A stretch of 30,324 nucleotides of DNA from a virus. The DNA lies in the IMG/VR virus record IMGVR_UViG_3300045988_066580, positions 1 through 30,324 of that record. One strand, 5' to 3'. The notes beneath the pieces were generated by a model that saw nothing but the letters and a program-made list of their open reading frames with translations, was not told the DNA's origin and ran no database searches. The position numbers were made by a program, and so were the translations under genes. Of the stretch, positions 1 to 6,956 are shown in pieces. Numbering within the stretch: the stretch's first letter is position 1; every line of letters starts with the position of its first letter.

Positions 1-44
1 GTAGGTACTAGGTACTGTGGGGGTAGGTACTAGGTACTGTGGGG
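1..44. repeat. Two tandem copies of the 22-bp unit GTAGGTACTAGGTACTGTGGGG (contains TAGGTAC twice); same unit as 30248-30324
   Basis: Read directly: 1-22 and 23-44 are identical and are followed by a G-run. Confidence 0.95.
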
Positions 45-47
45 GGG

Positions 48-66
48 GTGGGTACCTAGTACCCAC
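48..66. repeat. Inverted repeat GTGGGTAC-CTA-GTACCCAC (8-bp arms) next to the tandem repeats
   Basis: Arms 48-55 and 59-66 are exact reverse complements. The arm sequence is related to the GGTAC core of the tandem unit. Confidence 0.8.
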
Positions 67-158
67 GAAGTATAACCATATTTCTTTAAGGATAACCATT
101 TAAGAAAAAACATATAAGATAGTTTGCGCTTTGGTTGAGTTTATGTTATTGTCAAAAT

Positions 159-944
159 ATGGCAAAGATTAAAGAACAAGGGTTCGTAGCAGTAAGACAC
201 TGCATCATTCGAGACCGCACCATAGGCGTCTATACGAAACTCGTCTACATCATCATCGCTGACCACAGCGACGAAAACAATCTCAGCTTCCCGAGCGTAA
301 GCACCATAGCCGCCGAAGCCGGATGCACACCAAAGACGGCACTAAAGGCCATAAGGGAACTAATCGCCAAAGGGCTCATAACGCGGGAACATCGAGCACT
401 AGCCAATGGCGGCACCACGTCGTGCCTTTACCATCTTGAGGAGCCACGCAATTTCAAAGCCAATACTGAAAGGGCTAGGCAGTCTGACCCTGATACGCTT
501 GATAAAACGGTTTACCAAGCTCCAGAATCGACTACCACGGTAGAACCCGCACGCGAACCCGCACCGGTAGAACCAGCGCCACATAAGCGCGAGGAATACC
601 CGAACGCATTCGAACAACTATGGGCAATCTATCCGAAGCATGTGGCCAAGATGGCCGCTTACAAGGCGTGGCGTAAAGCAAAAGTAGGAATGAACAGCGC
701 CTTCCTCATGGCCAAGGTGCAAGCATTCGCAGGCCAGTGCGCCAACACGGAAACCCGGTTTATACCCAATTTCGCCACATGGCTCAACGGGGAAAGATGG
801 AATGACGAATACCGTCCAGACCCGCCACAGTCGCGTAAGCCCGCCACGAACGCGGAACGGAATATGCGGAATCTCGCTCAAGCGATGCAGTCGGGAACTG
901 ACCTTTTCGGCTTTCAGATTGAGTCCGGCGTGTCGCGTCCGTAA
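159..944 (+). CDS. Replisome-organizer / DnaD-like winged-helix protein (putative replication initiation)
   Basis: ORF track 135..944. ATG 159 (MAKIKEQGF) is preferred over TTG 135. N-terminal wHTH (SFPSVSTIAAEAGCTPKTALKAIRELIAKGLI). C-terminal FEQLWAIYPKH..KAWRKA..TWLNGERWNDE motif is remembered from phage replication-module proteins. Confidence 0.6.
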   Translation: MAKIKEQGFVAVRHCIIRDRTIGVYTKLVYIIIADHSDENNLSFPSVSTIAAEAGCTPKTALKAIRELIAKGLITREHRALANGGTTSCLYHLEEPRNFKANTERARQSDPDTLDKTVYQAPESTTTVEPAREPAPVEPAPHKREEYPNAFEQLWAIYPKHVAKMAAYKAWRKAKVGMNSAFLMAKVQAFAGQCANTETRFIPNFATWLNGERWNDEYRPDPPQSRKPATNAERNMRNLAQAMQSGTDLFGFQIESGVSRP

Positions 945-955
945 TCATGTATAAT
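926..955 (+). promoter_or_regulatory. Promoter-box variant c0: CGGCGTGTCGC-N13-TATAAT
   Basis: Same CGGCGTGTCGC box as the other six copies. It overlaps the last codons of the 159..944 gene. TATAAT lies at 950-955. Confidence 0.5.
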
Positions 956-1086
956 CGATTAATGCGACATGGAATGATGAATCAACCGCATTGTATGCCA
1001 AGTGGCCGCAAGTTGTGGCGACGCTTGGTGCTGAGGCGTTTCCGCTAGTGCATGTCAAGTTCGCTTATTGATAACGGTTCTCATTT

Positions 1087-1125
1087 ATGCCAGCTGATTT
1101 GTTTCGGCGGGCATTTTCTCTTTTC
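1087..1125 (+). terminator. Candidate intrinsic terminator (imperfect stem ATGCC..GGCAT plus T-rich tail)
   Basis: ATGCCAGC..GCGGGCAT stem followed by TTTCTCTTTTCT, directly upstream of promoter box c1. Confidence 0.35.
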
Positions 1126-1166
1126 TCGGCGTGTCGCACTCAACAATGATGTATTATGTAATTACC
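1126..1166 (+). promoter_or_regulatory. Conserved promoter box c1: TCGGCGTGTCGC-N14-TATTATGTAATTACC
   Basis: Near-identical to 2758, 3916 and 6123. TATTAT lies at 1153-1158 and the ATG follows 31 nt later, after an AGAAAGGA Shine-Dalgarno. Confidence 0.65.
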
Positions 1167-1189
1167 ACCGATAAGAAAGGACAAACAAA

Positions 1190-1450
1190 ATGATTAAACT
1201 CCAACCGTACAATCAAGGCGAATACATCTGCGACGCATACGTCATCATCGACGAAGAAACCGCAACCGCACACGTCCGCAACATTGACCACGGAATCAAC
1301 TTCGACATTGAGAATCTGAACAGTACAGGCGGTATTCTGTTCACCCTCAGAATTGAAATGCTTAAACGAGGATACAAACTCGGCAGATTCAAACCTGACT
1401 ACACCACCGAGGGCGGCTACAATGTGGACGTCTACGAACGCAAAGCCTGA
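1190..1450 (+). CDS. Hypothetical small protein (cassette 1 ORF, 86 aa)
   Basis: ORF track. It has the conserved leader with an AAAGGA RBS and is closed by the conserved hairpin. Confidence 0.7.
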   Translation: MIKLQPYNQGEYICDAYVIIDEETATAHVRNIDHGINFDIENLNSTGGILFTLRIEMLKRGYKLGRFKPDYTTEGGYNVDVYERKA

Positions 1451-1464
1451 AAATACTTATACTA

Positions 1465-1486
1465 GCCCCGCCCGCAAGGGCGGGGC
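1465..1486 (+). promoter_or_regulatory. Conserved hairpin GCCCCGCCC-GCAA-GGGCGGGGC (9-bp GC stem, GNRA loop, no U-tract)
   Basis: Perfect inverted repeat read directly. It is followed by CCTCAATGAAAGGAAAATAAA and ATG 1508. Confidence 0.85.
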
Positions 1487-1507
1487 CCTCAATGAAAGGA
1501 AAATAAA

Positions 1508-1915
1508 ATGCTGACACTATTCAACGATATACCCCCGTATGACATGCATTCCGTCGTTGAGTGCGACAAGACAAAAGACACGGCAATCTTCGAAACCGCA
1601 CTAACCATACAAGACAACCCCAAAATAGCCCGCTACCGCGTATGGCTCTCAGCATGGAAAGGCTTAGAAAACCGGCTGAGAAGCGGAGCACAATATAAAA
1701 CCTACATGATGGACGTCGTAGCCCCATCAGACTGGACGATTGATAAAGTCCACAATACGATACTCGCGTACCTTGCTGGAATCAGTCGGCTGGACTTCTC
1801 AAGCGGCATCCGATGGCGACACGGTGACTACCAGCCACAGCCACACGATTCAATCCAGGAAGACTACATCCTTTACCTTGACGACTTTCTGGACTCAATC
1901 ACACCAAACTTCTGA
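1508..1915 (+). CDS. Hypothetical protein (135 aa)
   Basis: ORF track. GAAAGGA RBS 8 nt upstream. Confidence 0.7.
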   Translation: MLTLFNDIPPYDMHSVVECDKTKDTAIFETALTIQDNPKIARYRVWLSAWKGLENRLRSGAQYKTYMMDVVAPSDWTIDKVHNTILAYLAGISRLDFSSGIRWRHGDYQPQPHDSIQEDYILYLDDFLDSITPNF

Positions 1916-1927
1916 AGGGGAGCAATC

Positions 1928-2341
1928 ATGGGCAATATCAATCATCCAGCACACTACACCGACGATACGAAGCCTTGCGAATGCATTGAAGTCGCGCAAT
2001 ATCACAGTTTTTGCGTAGGCAACGCGATAAAATACGTGTGGCGGCACCGACTTAAGGGGCGCCCCCTCGAAGACTTGCAGAAAGCGGAATGGTATCTGCA
2101 GAGGGCTATCGACAATGGAGAGAAATGCCGTCTGCAAATCGATGGCGAGCCATTGGACGCGCACAATCTCATGCAAGTGGGTAAGTGCTGTCTCTACATG
2201 GACAACCTGTTTGATATTGCTAGGCGCGCTGTGACCTACCGTGAAGGCTTTTTCTGGATATACCTGCGTAAAGGTGATTTGCAAAACATGTTGCGAATCG
2301 TGAAAATGATGCAAGCGGAATGTAAGGATGGATTGAAATGA
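1928..2341 (+). CDS. DUF3310-like phage protein
   Basis: N-terminal INHPAHYT..CIEV..GNAIKYVWRHRLKG..EDLQKAEWYL matches the remembered DUF3310 pattern (NHPxHY..gNaiKY..R...K...DL.KA.). Confidence 0.6.
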   Translation: MGNINHPAHYTDDTKPCECIEVAQYHSFCVGNAIKYVWRHRLKGRPLEDLQKAEWYLQRAIDNGEKCRLQIDGEPLDAHNLMQVGKCCLYMDNLFDIARRAVTYREGFFWIYLRKGDLQNMLRIVKMMQAECKDGLK

Positions 2342-2781
2342 ACAAGTTGCAGGTGCAGGCGCTCCTAACCTATGCCAGCGCTTTTGATAATCGTCTTGTG
2401 ACCGATATCCAGGTGGCCGCATGGATGGAAGCGTTAGCCACTGACATGCGACTTGACGTGGCGAAGGAAGCGATACGCCAATTTTTCGCGAGCCCGGAAT
2501 ATGTGAAGAAGCGTCCGTATCTCATGCCCGCCGACGTTAACAGCTTTTGGCGTAGGTGGAAACGTGACCATACGCCTTCCGAGGCTGACATTACGCGGGA
2601 GATGGCCGCGCTTGGCATTGAGGGTGATGCGAGTTGGGAGTATCGGCGGAATCGGTTGAGTGGGCGTGGTTTGGAAGAGTCCGCGCAATCCGCTAAACGG
2701 TTCCGTGGTCTTGAGAGCGCGCGGGGGTTGAGTCGTTTGGGTGAGATTCTACCGCGTTCGGCGTGTCGCACTCAACAATAA
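2338..2781 (+). CDS. Hypothetical protein (147 aa), ATGA-coupled to the upstream gene
   Basis: ORF track. The last codons are encoded by promoter box c2. Confidence 0.65.
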   Translation: MNKLQVQALLTYASAFDNRLVTDIQVAAWMEALATDMRLDVAKEAIRQFFASPEYVKKRPYLMPADVNSFWRRWKRDHTPSEADITREMAALGIEGDASWEYRRNRLSGRGLEESAQSAKRFRGLESARGLSRLGEILPRSACRTQQ

Positions 2782-2798
2782 TGTATTATGTAATTACC
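2758..2798 (+). promoter_or_regulatory. Conserved promoter box c2
   Basis: TCGGCGTGTCGCACTCAACAATAATGTATTATGTAATTACC. TATTAT lies at 2784-2789 and ATG 2821 follows after 31 nt. Confidence 0.65.
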
Positions 2799-2820
2799 AA
2801 ACAAAGAAAGGACAAAGAAA

Positions 2821-3075
2821 ATGACCAGCATCGAATTCACCAAGACCAGCACCTACGCGGACCTTCTCCACTGCTGGGAGAATGAAGACTACCAGCTTGA
2901 CGGCATGAACTACGAACTCCGCTACTGCGAGCCTATCAGCCGTGACCAAGCTGTTGACGATGAAGGCCACGCCATGCATGACGAATACATCTTTCACAAG
3001 CCGGGCGAAGAGTTCTACAACCCGTCTAGGACGTTCACCGCCGAAGAGGTCGAGCAGTTCGCCCAGACTTGGTGA
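2821..3075 (+). CDS. Small strongly acidic protein (cassette 2 ORF, 84 aa)
   Basis: ORF track. Hand count gives about 19 D/E versus 5 K/R. It has the conserved leader and RBS and is followed by the conserved hairpin. Confidence 0.75.
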   Translation: MTSIEFTKTSTYADLLHCWENEDYQLDGMNYELRYCEPISRDQAVDDEGHAMHDEYIFHKPGEEFYNPSRTFTAEEVEQFAQTW

Positions 3076-3117
3076 CAACCATAGCGGCGGAGGCAACCGC
3101 ACAACCCTCTATCCCAA

Positions 3118-3133
3118 CCGCCCGCAAGGGCGG
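3118..3133 (+). promoter_or_regulatory. Conserved hairpin, left arm truncated (CCGCCC-GCAA-GGGCGG)
   Basis: Same loop, right arm and downstream ACCAATTGAAAGGAACAATA-ATG as the other copies. Confidence 0.7.
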
Positions 3134-3156
3134 GGCACCAATTGAAAGGAACAATA

Positions 3157-3750
3157 ATGACACTCAATGAAAAATATATGGCAGTACTCAACGAAGTCCC
3201 CAACTTCGTCACCGACCTCACCGCCAACGCAGGGCAACGCACCTACAAGTACCTCAACCTATCCACCATCCTCAAGACCATCAAACCTATTTTTGCGAAG
3301 CATGATTTAGCCTTCCGACAGGTGGTGCGCATGGGCGCGGTAGGCGAAAAAGTGAGCTACGGCACGGTCGAAACAATCATTTTCGACGCTGAAGAGACCT
3401 TGAACGTCGGTTATTACCCCTTCATTATTGTCCCCGACCCTCAGGCAATCGGCTCCGCAGTAACCTACGCGCGCCGCTACTCCCTCTACGCTGTCCTTGG
3501 TATCTTCCCCGACAAGGACGACGACGGAGCCGCCATGCGCGACTATTCCACCCCACAGCATCCACGCAAGGCCACGGCACAGGAAGTCAACGACCTTAAC
3601 GACATGGCCCAGGCCGCTGGAACAAATCTTGGGTTTTATGTCAATGCTTTGGCATCGCAGTTCGGCCATGAGGTGCGTAAGCCTCAGGACTTGACCGAAC
3701 ATGACGTCATGCTTCTCCGTCAGGCCATCAGTAAGAGCGGCAATAAGTGA
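3157..3750 (+). CDS. erf: ERF-family single-strand annealing protein
   Basis: Central GSAVTYARRYSLYAVLGIFPDKDDDG is the classic ERF motif. ATG 3157 is preferred over TTG 3142, which lies inside the conserved leader. Confidence 0.8.
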   Translation: MTLNEKYMAVLNEVPNFVTDLTANAGQRTYKYLNLSTILKTIKPIFAKHDLAFRQVVRMGAVGEKVSYGTVETIIFDAEETLNVGYYPFIIVPDPQAIGSAVTYARRYSLYAVLGIFPDKDDDGAAMRDYSTPQHPRKATAQEVNDLNDMAQAAGTNLGFYVNALASQFGHEVRKPQDLTEHDVMLLRQAISKSGNK

Positions 3751-3914
3751 AAAAGGTTGCTATATTCTGCGGTTTCTTGGCGCTTACGATTGTGTCCGCT
3801 GTTGCTTTGGGAGTGGCATTTCAATGCGATGATAGGCTCATGATTCTTCTCGCATTGGTTACTATCCTTATTGGTTTGGCTGGTATGGGTTTCGTTGTCA
3901 TGGATTATCTCTAG
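3747..3914 (+). CDS. Small 2-TM membrane protein (55 aa), GTGA-coupled to erf
   Basis: My translation: VKKVAIFCGFLALTIVSAVALGVAFQCDDRLMILLALVTILIGLAGMGFVVMDYL. It is below the 60-aa cutoff of the ORF track. Confidence 0.5.
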   Translation: MKKVAIFCGFLALTIVSAVALGVAFQCDDRLMILLALVTILIGLAGMGFVVMDYL

Positions 3915-3915
3915 T

Positions 3916-3956
3916 TCGGCGTGTCGTAACCCAAACTGTTGTATTATGTAATTACC
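3916..3956 (+). promoter_or_regulatory. Conserved promoter box c3
   Basis: TCGGCGTGTCGTAACCCAAACTGTTGTATTATGTAATTACC. TATTAT lies at 3942-3947 and ATG 3979 follows after 31 nt. Confidence 0.65.
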
Positions 3957-3978
3957 AAACAAAGAAAGGACAAACAAA

Positions 3979-4173
3979 ATGAACATCAACCTCAGCACAG
4001 CAGAAGACTACATCATCAGCTACCTTGAAAACAGCGGACAGGATGACGGCAACTGGGACACCTACGAAGCCGCGAAAGACCTCCGCAACATCTGCATCCT
4101 GAACGGGTACACCGATTATGAACAGGTAGACCCCGACGAGTTCACCGAACTGCTCAAGGAACACGCACTCTAA
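3979..4173 (+). CDS. Small strongly acidic protein (cassette 3 ORF, 64 aa)
   Basis: ORF track. Hand count gives about 15 D/E versus 3 K/R. It has the conserved leader and is closed by the hairpin. Confidence 0.75.
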   Translation: MNINLSTAEDYIISYLENSGQDDGNWDTYEAAKDLRNICILNGYTDYEQVDPDEFTELLKEHAL

Positions 4174-4184
4174 ACCAAACCACA

Positions 4185-4206
4185 GCCCCGCCCGCAAGGG
4201 CGGGGC
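4185..4206 (+). promoter_or_regulatory. Conserved hairpin GCCCCGCCC-GCAA-GGGCGGGGC
   Basis: Perfect copy, followed by ACCATCTAATGAAAGGAACAATA-ATG 4230. Confidence 0.85.
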
Positions 4207-4229
4207 ACCATCTAATGAAAGGAACAATA

Positions 4230-4502
4230 ATGAAAGATACAATAACCCTTGCCCAATACGTCAGATTCCTCAAAGAGACACTAACACAGCTCGAAGAAGT
4301 GGCTGAAGACTCACCAGACATTGAACTAAAAGACTACACGCCGCAAATCGCAATCTACCCCAATTCCAGAGAGGACGCCCTCGACTTGATATACCTGGCT
4401 GGAATCGAACCAGCGATTTACAAAAACATCGTAAGAGGACAATTCAACACCGTCAACGGAATCGCCTACGTCCACTACGACGAAGAGAAAGAGGATAAAT
4501 GA
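4230..4502 (+). CDS. Hypothetical acidic protein (90 aa)
   Basis: ORF track 4215..4502. ATG 4230 is preferred because the upstream MKGTI codons are the conserved leader. Confidence 0.7.
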   Translation: MKDTITLAQYVRFLKETLTQLEEVAEDSPDIELKDYTPQIAIYPNSREDALDLIYLAGIEPAIYKNIVRGQFNTVNGIAYVHYDEEKEDK

Positions 4503-4909
4503 GACTCACACTATGGCCGGGAGCCATGCCAATCACATTCAAAACCGTCGCCGGAGAGCGAGAATACAAAGTCATGAAGGGTGTTTACGGATACCTCATT
4601 CAATCCAAAAACGGCAATTTGTTCACACTGGACAATGGAAACAACTTGCGCGTAGTTGACCCTAGCAACGTCCAATATCTTAACTCACTGACAGAGGGGG
4701 AACGTCTAAAATTCCTCCGCAACACGTTCGGCATCAGCCAACGAGAACTGGCCAGAATGTACGGCGTCCGGCAAGCAATGGTAGCTCACTGGGAAACAGA
4801 CTACAGGCATATCGCCCCGAAACGCGTCGAACAAATTGAAGCCACACTATTCAACGCTTACATTCGCACAGCATCTAGAGCCGGGCTTCCGGTAGGAAAG
4901 GAAAACTAA
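4499..4909 (+). CDS. XRE-family helix-turn-helix protein
   Basis: C-terminal LKFLRNTFGISQRELARMYGVRQAMVAHWETDYRHIAPKRVEQIE is an HTH_3-type motif. ATGA-coupled to 4230..4502. Confidence 0.7.
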   Translation: MRLTLWPGAMPITFKTVAGEREYKVMKGVYGYLIQSKNGNLFTLDNGNNLRVVDPSNVQYLNSLTEGERLKFLRNTFGISQRELARMYGVRQAMVAHWETDYRHIAPKRVEQIEATLFNAYIRTASRAGLPVGKEN

Positions 4910-4910
4910 A

Positions 4911-5798
4911 ATGAGAATTCTGAACGTCTCTCAAGCACAGGACACGCAAGCATGGTTGGACGCCAGAATAGGCAAAATCACTGGCACCAAAGCCGGAACG
5001 CTCGCGCTCGAACATTACGCCCAGAAGGACGTAGCCAAGCTCGAAGCCATGGCAGACAAGGCAAAGACCGAAGAAAAGGCCGAAGAATACAGAGAGAAAG
5101 CCGAACAAGCCAAACGAGATAACGCACGGTTGAAAGTCAACCTCGACTTCTGGCAGTTTCTTGCTGACATGATTGCGGAACAGCCGGACGGAGAACCGCC
5201 AATGGAACGCGGACACCGTTTGGAAAACACTAACATCATGATGGCGTGCAAGAAACTTGACATTTCTCCCGACATTGTGGAATTCGATACTGGAATGTGG
5301 GTAAGTGACGTGGATGACCGTATTGCGGTCAGCCCGGACGCCCACGAAAAACCGCAAATCGATATTAGCGGGCTGAAATATAATCCCACGTTCGCGTTCG
5401 AAGCGAAAAGCCTGGGCACGAAATACCATTTGCAGACGGTTGTCCCGTTCCGCGCATTCCAGATGCTCAACGATCCTGAAACTCCGAATAGTCAACGTGA
5501 TGAATTGCGGTCGTTGGCGCTCAAACTGTTCCCGGAGATTTTGGAATCGCGTAGGGAGTTCGACTTCATCCCTGAACAGTATCAGGCTCAAGTGCTCCAG
5601 TATTTTGTCGTTAACCCTGACTTGCAGACAGTGTATTTCACCATGTACGACGATAGGGTATATAGTAGTCTGCGACATGAGGTGTTCGCGGTTGACCGGC
5701 TGAGTGTCGCAAGTGAAATCGAAGCACAGGAGACAAAGGAATTGCAGACATTGGCACTTATTGACGAACTGCAAAAACTGGGGGGTGTGGACTGGTGA
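4911..5798 (+). CDS. YqaJ-like (lambda Exo-type, PD-(D/E)xK) recombination exonuclease
   Basis: N-terminal QAQDTQAWLDARIGKITGTKAGTL matches the YqaJ pattern (Q.s.eWl..R.G.iTaS). The gene is in the same arm as erf. Confidence 0.65.
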   Translation: MRILNVSQAQDTQAWLDARIGKITGTKAGTLALEHYAQKDVAKLEAMADKAKTEEKAEEYREKAEQAKRDNARLKVNLDFWQFLADMIAEQPDGEPPMERGHRLENTNIMMACKKLDISPDIVEFDTGMWVSDVDDRIAVSPDAHEKPQIDISGLKYNPTFAFEAKSLGTKYHLQTVVPFRAFQMLNDPETPNSQRDELRSLALKLFPEILESRREFDFIPEQYQAQVLQYFVVNPDLQTVYFTMYDDRVYSSLRHEVFAVDRLSVASEIEAQETKELQTLALIDELQKLGGVDW

Positions 5799-6073
5799 GC
5801 ATTTCACGACGTGTCATTTACGCGGTGTTCGATGATTGCGCGGGATGCAGACACCGTGAGTTGATTGACGAACTCCGAAAAATGGTGTTGCGCGTCAAGA
5901 AGAAAACGGGCGTTATGATTGCGCTCATGGTTGTTCAGCCGGGGAATAGTCGTTACTGGACTTTGCGCAAGTGTCACAAGTATTCTAATGCGCCGTTCTT
6001 CGTGTTCGATGGGGTGTGTTATCGCCATGTGGATGCGCTTGAGGTGCAGTGCTTGGCGTATTGCAGTCGTTGA
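5795..6073 (+). CDS. Hypothetical protein with CxxC motif (possible thioredoxin-fold)
   Basis: ORF track. GTGA-coupled start. VFDDCAGCRH is present near the N-terminus. The fold assignment is weak. Confidence 0.45.
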   Translation: MSISRRVIYAVFDDCAGCRHRELIDELRKMVLRVKKKTGVMIALMVVQPGNSRYWTLRKCHKYSNAPFFVFDGVCYRHVDALEVQCLAYCSR

Positions 6074-6080
6074 AATTCAG

Positions 6081-6118
6081 GGGAACCTACGAAGGAATTT
6101 CGTGGGTTCCCTTTTTTT
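6081..6118 (+). terminator. Strong intrinsic terminator (13-bp stem, GGAAT loop, T7 tract)
   Basis: GGGAACCTACGAA-GGAAT-TTCGTGGGTTCCC followed by TTTTTTT, immediately before promoter box c4. Confidence 0.85.
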
Positions 6119-6122
6119 ATTT

Positions 6123-6163
6123 TCGGCGTGTCGTGTCCGCAAGTAGTGTATTATGTAATTACC
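6123..6163 (+). promoter_or_regulatory. Conserved promoter box c4
   Basis: TCGGCGTGTCGTGTCCGCAAGTAGTGTATTATGTAATTACC. TATTAT lies at 6149-6154 and ATG 6186 follows after 31 nt. Confidence 0.7.
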
Positions 6164-6185
6164 AAACAAAGAAAGGACAAACAAA

Positions 6186-6389
6186 ATGAACACCGAAACC
6201 AACTGCTTCAAGGGATACCACATCAAGGCCACCACCAACGAGGACGGCACGGTAGACGTCGAAGCATGGTGGAACCAGAACGCAACAGGCGAATACTGCG
6301 AGACACCACACGCGTACGGCAAATTCGCCACCAGAAAAGAATACCTCAAGTGGCTCACCGGCAAGTTCGCTGAAATCGTCGGAGAATAA
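6186..6389 (+). CDS. Hypothetical small protein (cassette 4 ORF, 67 aa)
   Basis: ORF track. It has the conserved leader and is closed by the hairpin. Confidence 0.7.
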   Translation: MNTETNCFKGYHIKATTNEDGTVDVEAWWNQNATGEYCETPHAYGKFATRKEYLKWLTGKFAEIVGE

Positions 6390-6397
6390 CCCACCCC

Positions 6398-6419
6398 GCC
6401 CCGCCCGCAAGGGCGGGGC
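6398..6419 (+). promoter_or_regulatory. Conserved hairpin GCCCCGCCC-GCAA-GGGCGGGGC
   Basis: Perfect copy, followed by ACCAATTGAAAGGAACCAGCA-ATG 6441. Confidence 0.85.
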
Positions 6420-6440
6420 ACCAATTGAAAGGAACCAGCA

Positions 6441-6587
6441 ATGAGCAAAAACGACGGATTCGTGGCAATGCTCTTTATTTTCGGATTCGTATTATCCGCG
6501 AACGAAGACATGAACTTCATCAATATTATCGGTGTCGCGTGCGTGTTTTCGGCACTCTACATCTACCGCAAAGGAGCGAAGAAATGA
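6441..6587 (+). CDS. Small 2-TM membrane protein (48 aa)
   Basis: My translation: MSKNDGFVAMLFIFGFVLSANEDMNFINIIGVACVFSALYIYRKGAKK. The ATG sits at the canonical distance from the hairpin and RBS. ATGA-coupled to the next gene. Confidence 0.5.
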   Translation: MSKNDGFVAMLFIFGFVLSANEDMNFINIIGVACVFSALYIYRKGAKK

Positions 6588-6946
6588 ACAAAGCAGTACA
6601 GGCCGGACTAGTCGCCGGATACCTCAACACTTGCGTCCAGCTCACGGACGGGTACGGAATGAAATTAAGAATCATGCGTGAAAGCTGGAAAATGGCGTGC
6701 GACAAAGTAGCCGACCATTACGAACAACTCACGCAATCCACGGACGATAACCGCAAACAATGTGTGGCGGTAGGGAAAAAGACACAGGCGCAAAGCTTGA
6801 AGAATCTTGCCGTGTGCGGTTGGTGTCTCGCTCCCTTCATCACTTTCCCCGTATGGCTCCTCATGGCGAGGAAGACGGGTTTACGTGGCTATCTGACGGC
6901 AGTGAGCGTATGCGCGTTCACCCGGCATATCGCGGAAATGTATTAA
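6584..6946 (+). CDS. Hypothetical protein with C-terminal hydrophobic segment (120 aa)
   Basis: In-frame part of track ORF 6425..6946, starting at MNKAVQAG. Its ATG overlaps the stop of 6441..6587. Confidence 0.55.
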   Translation: MNKAVQAGLVAGYLNTCVQLTDGYGMKLRIMRESWKMACDKVADHYEQLTQSTDDNRKQCVAVGKKTQAQSLKNLAVCGWCLAPFITFPVWLLMARKTGLRGYLTAVSVCAFTRHIAEMY

Positions 6947-6956
6947 GGGGGATGCA

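Noticed and set aside
1-44. CRISPR array (the 22-bp repeats, or the dispersed boxes and hairpins)
   Set aside because: The 22-bp units are strictly tandem with no spacers. The dispersed repeats are separated by 1-2 kb of coding sequence. No cas genes are present.
17-52. G-quadruplex potential of the G-runs in the terminal repeats
   Set aside because: The G4-G8 runs are separated by 17-nt loops, too long for a canonical intramolecular quadruplex. There is no independent support.
3142-4232. Shared N-terminal peptide MKGTIM in track ORFs 3142.., 4215.. and (MKGTS) 6425..
   Set aside because: It is an artefact of translating the conserved hairpin-RBS leader (TTGAAAGGAACAATAATG). The real starts are the ATGs at 3157, 4230 and 6441.
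2794-6410. Minus-strand ORFs 2794..3102, 3952..4242 and 6159..6410, all ending in ..HF(V/L)CPFFVW
   Set aside because: The conserved C-terminus is simply the reverse complement of the conserved cassette leader. Each ORF is the antisense shadow of an acidic cassette ORF, with no RBS or start context.
6425-6946. The 173-aa track ORF starting MKGTSNEQKRR
   Set aside because: Its first 53 codons are an Arg-rich out-of-frame reading of the conserved leader and of the 48-aa membrane ORF. The better model is 6441..6587 plus 6584..6946.
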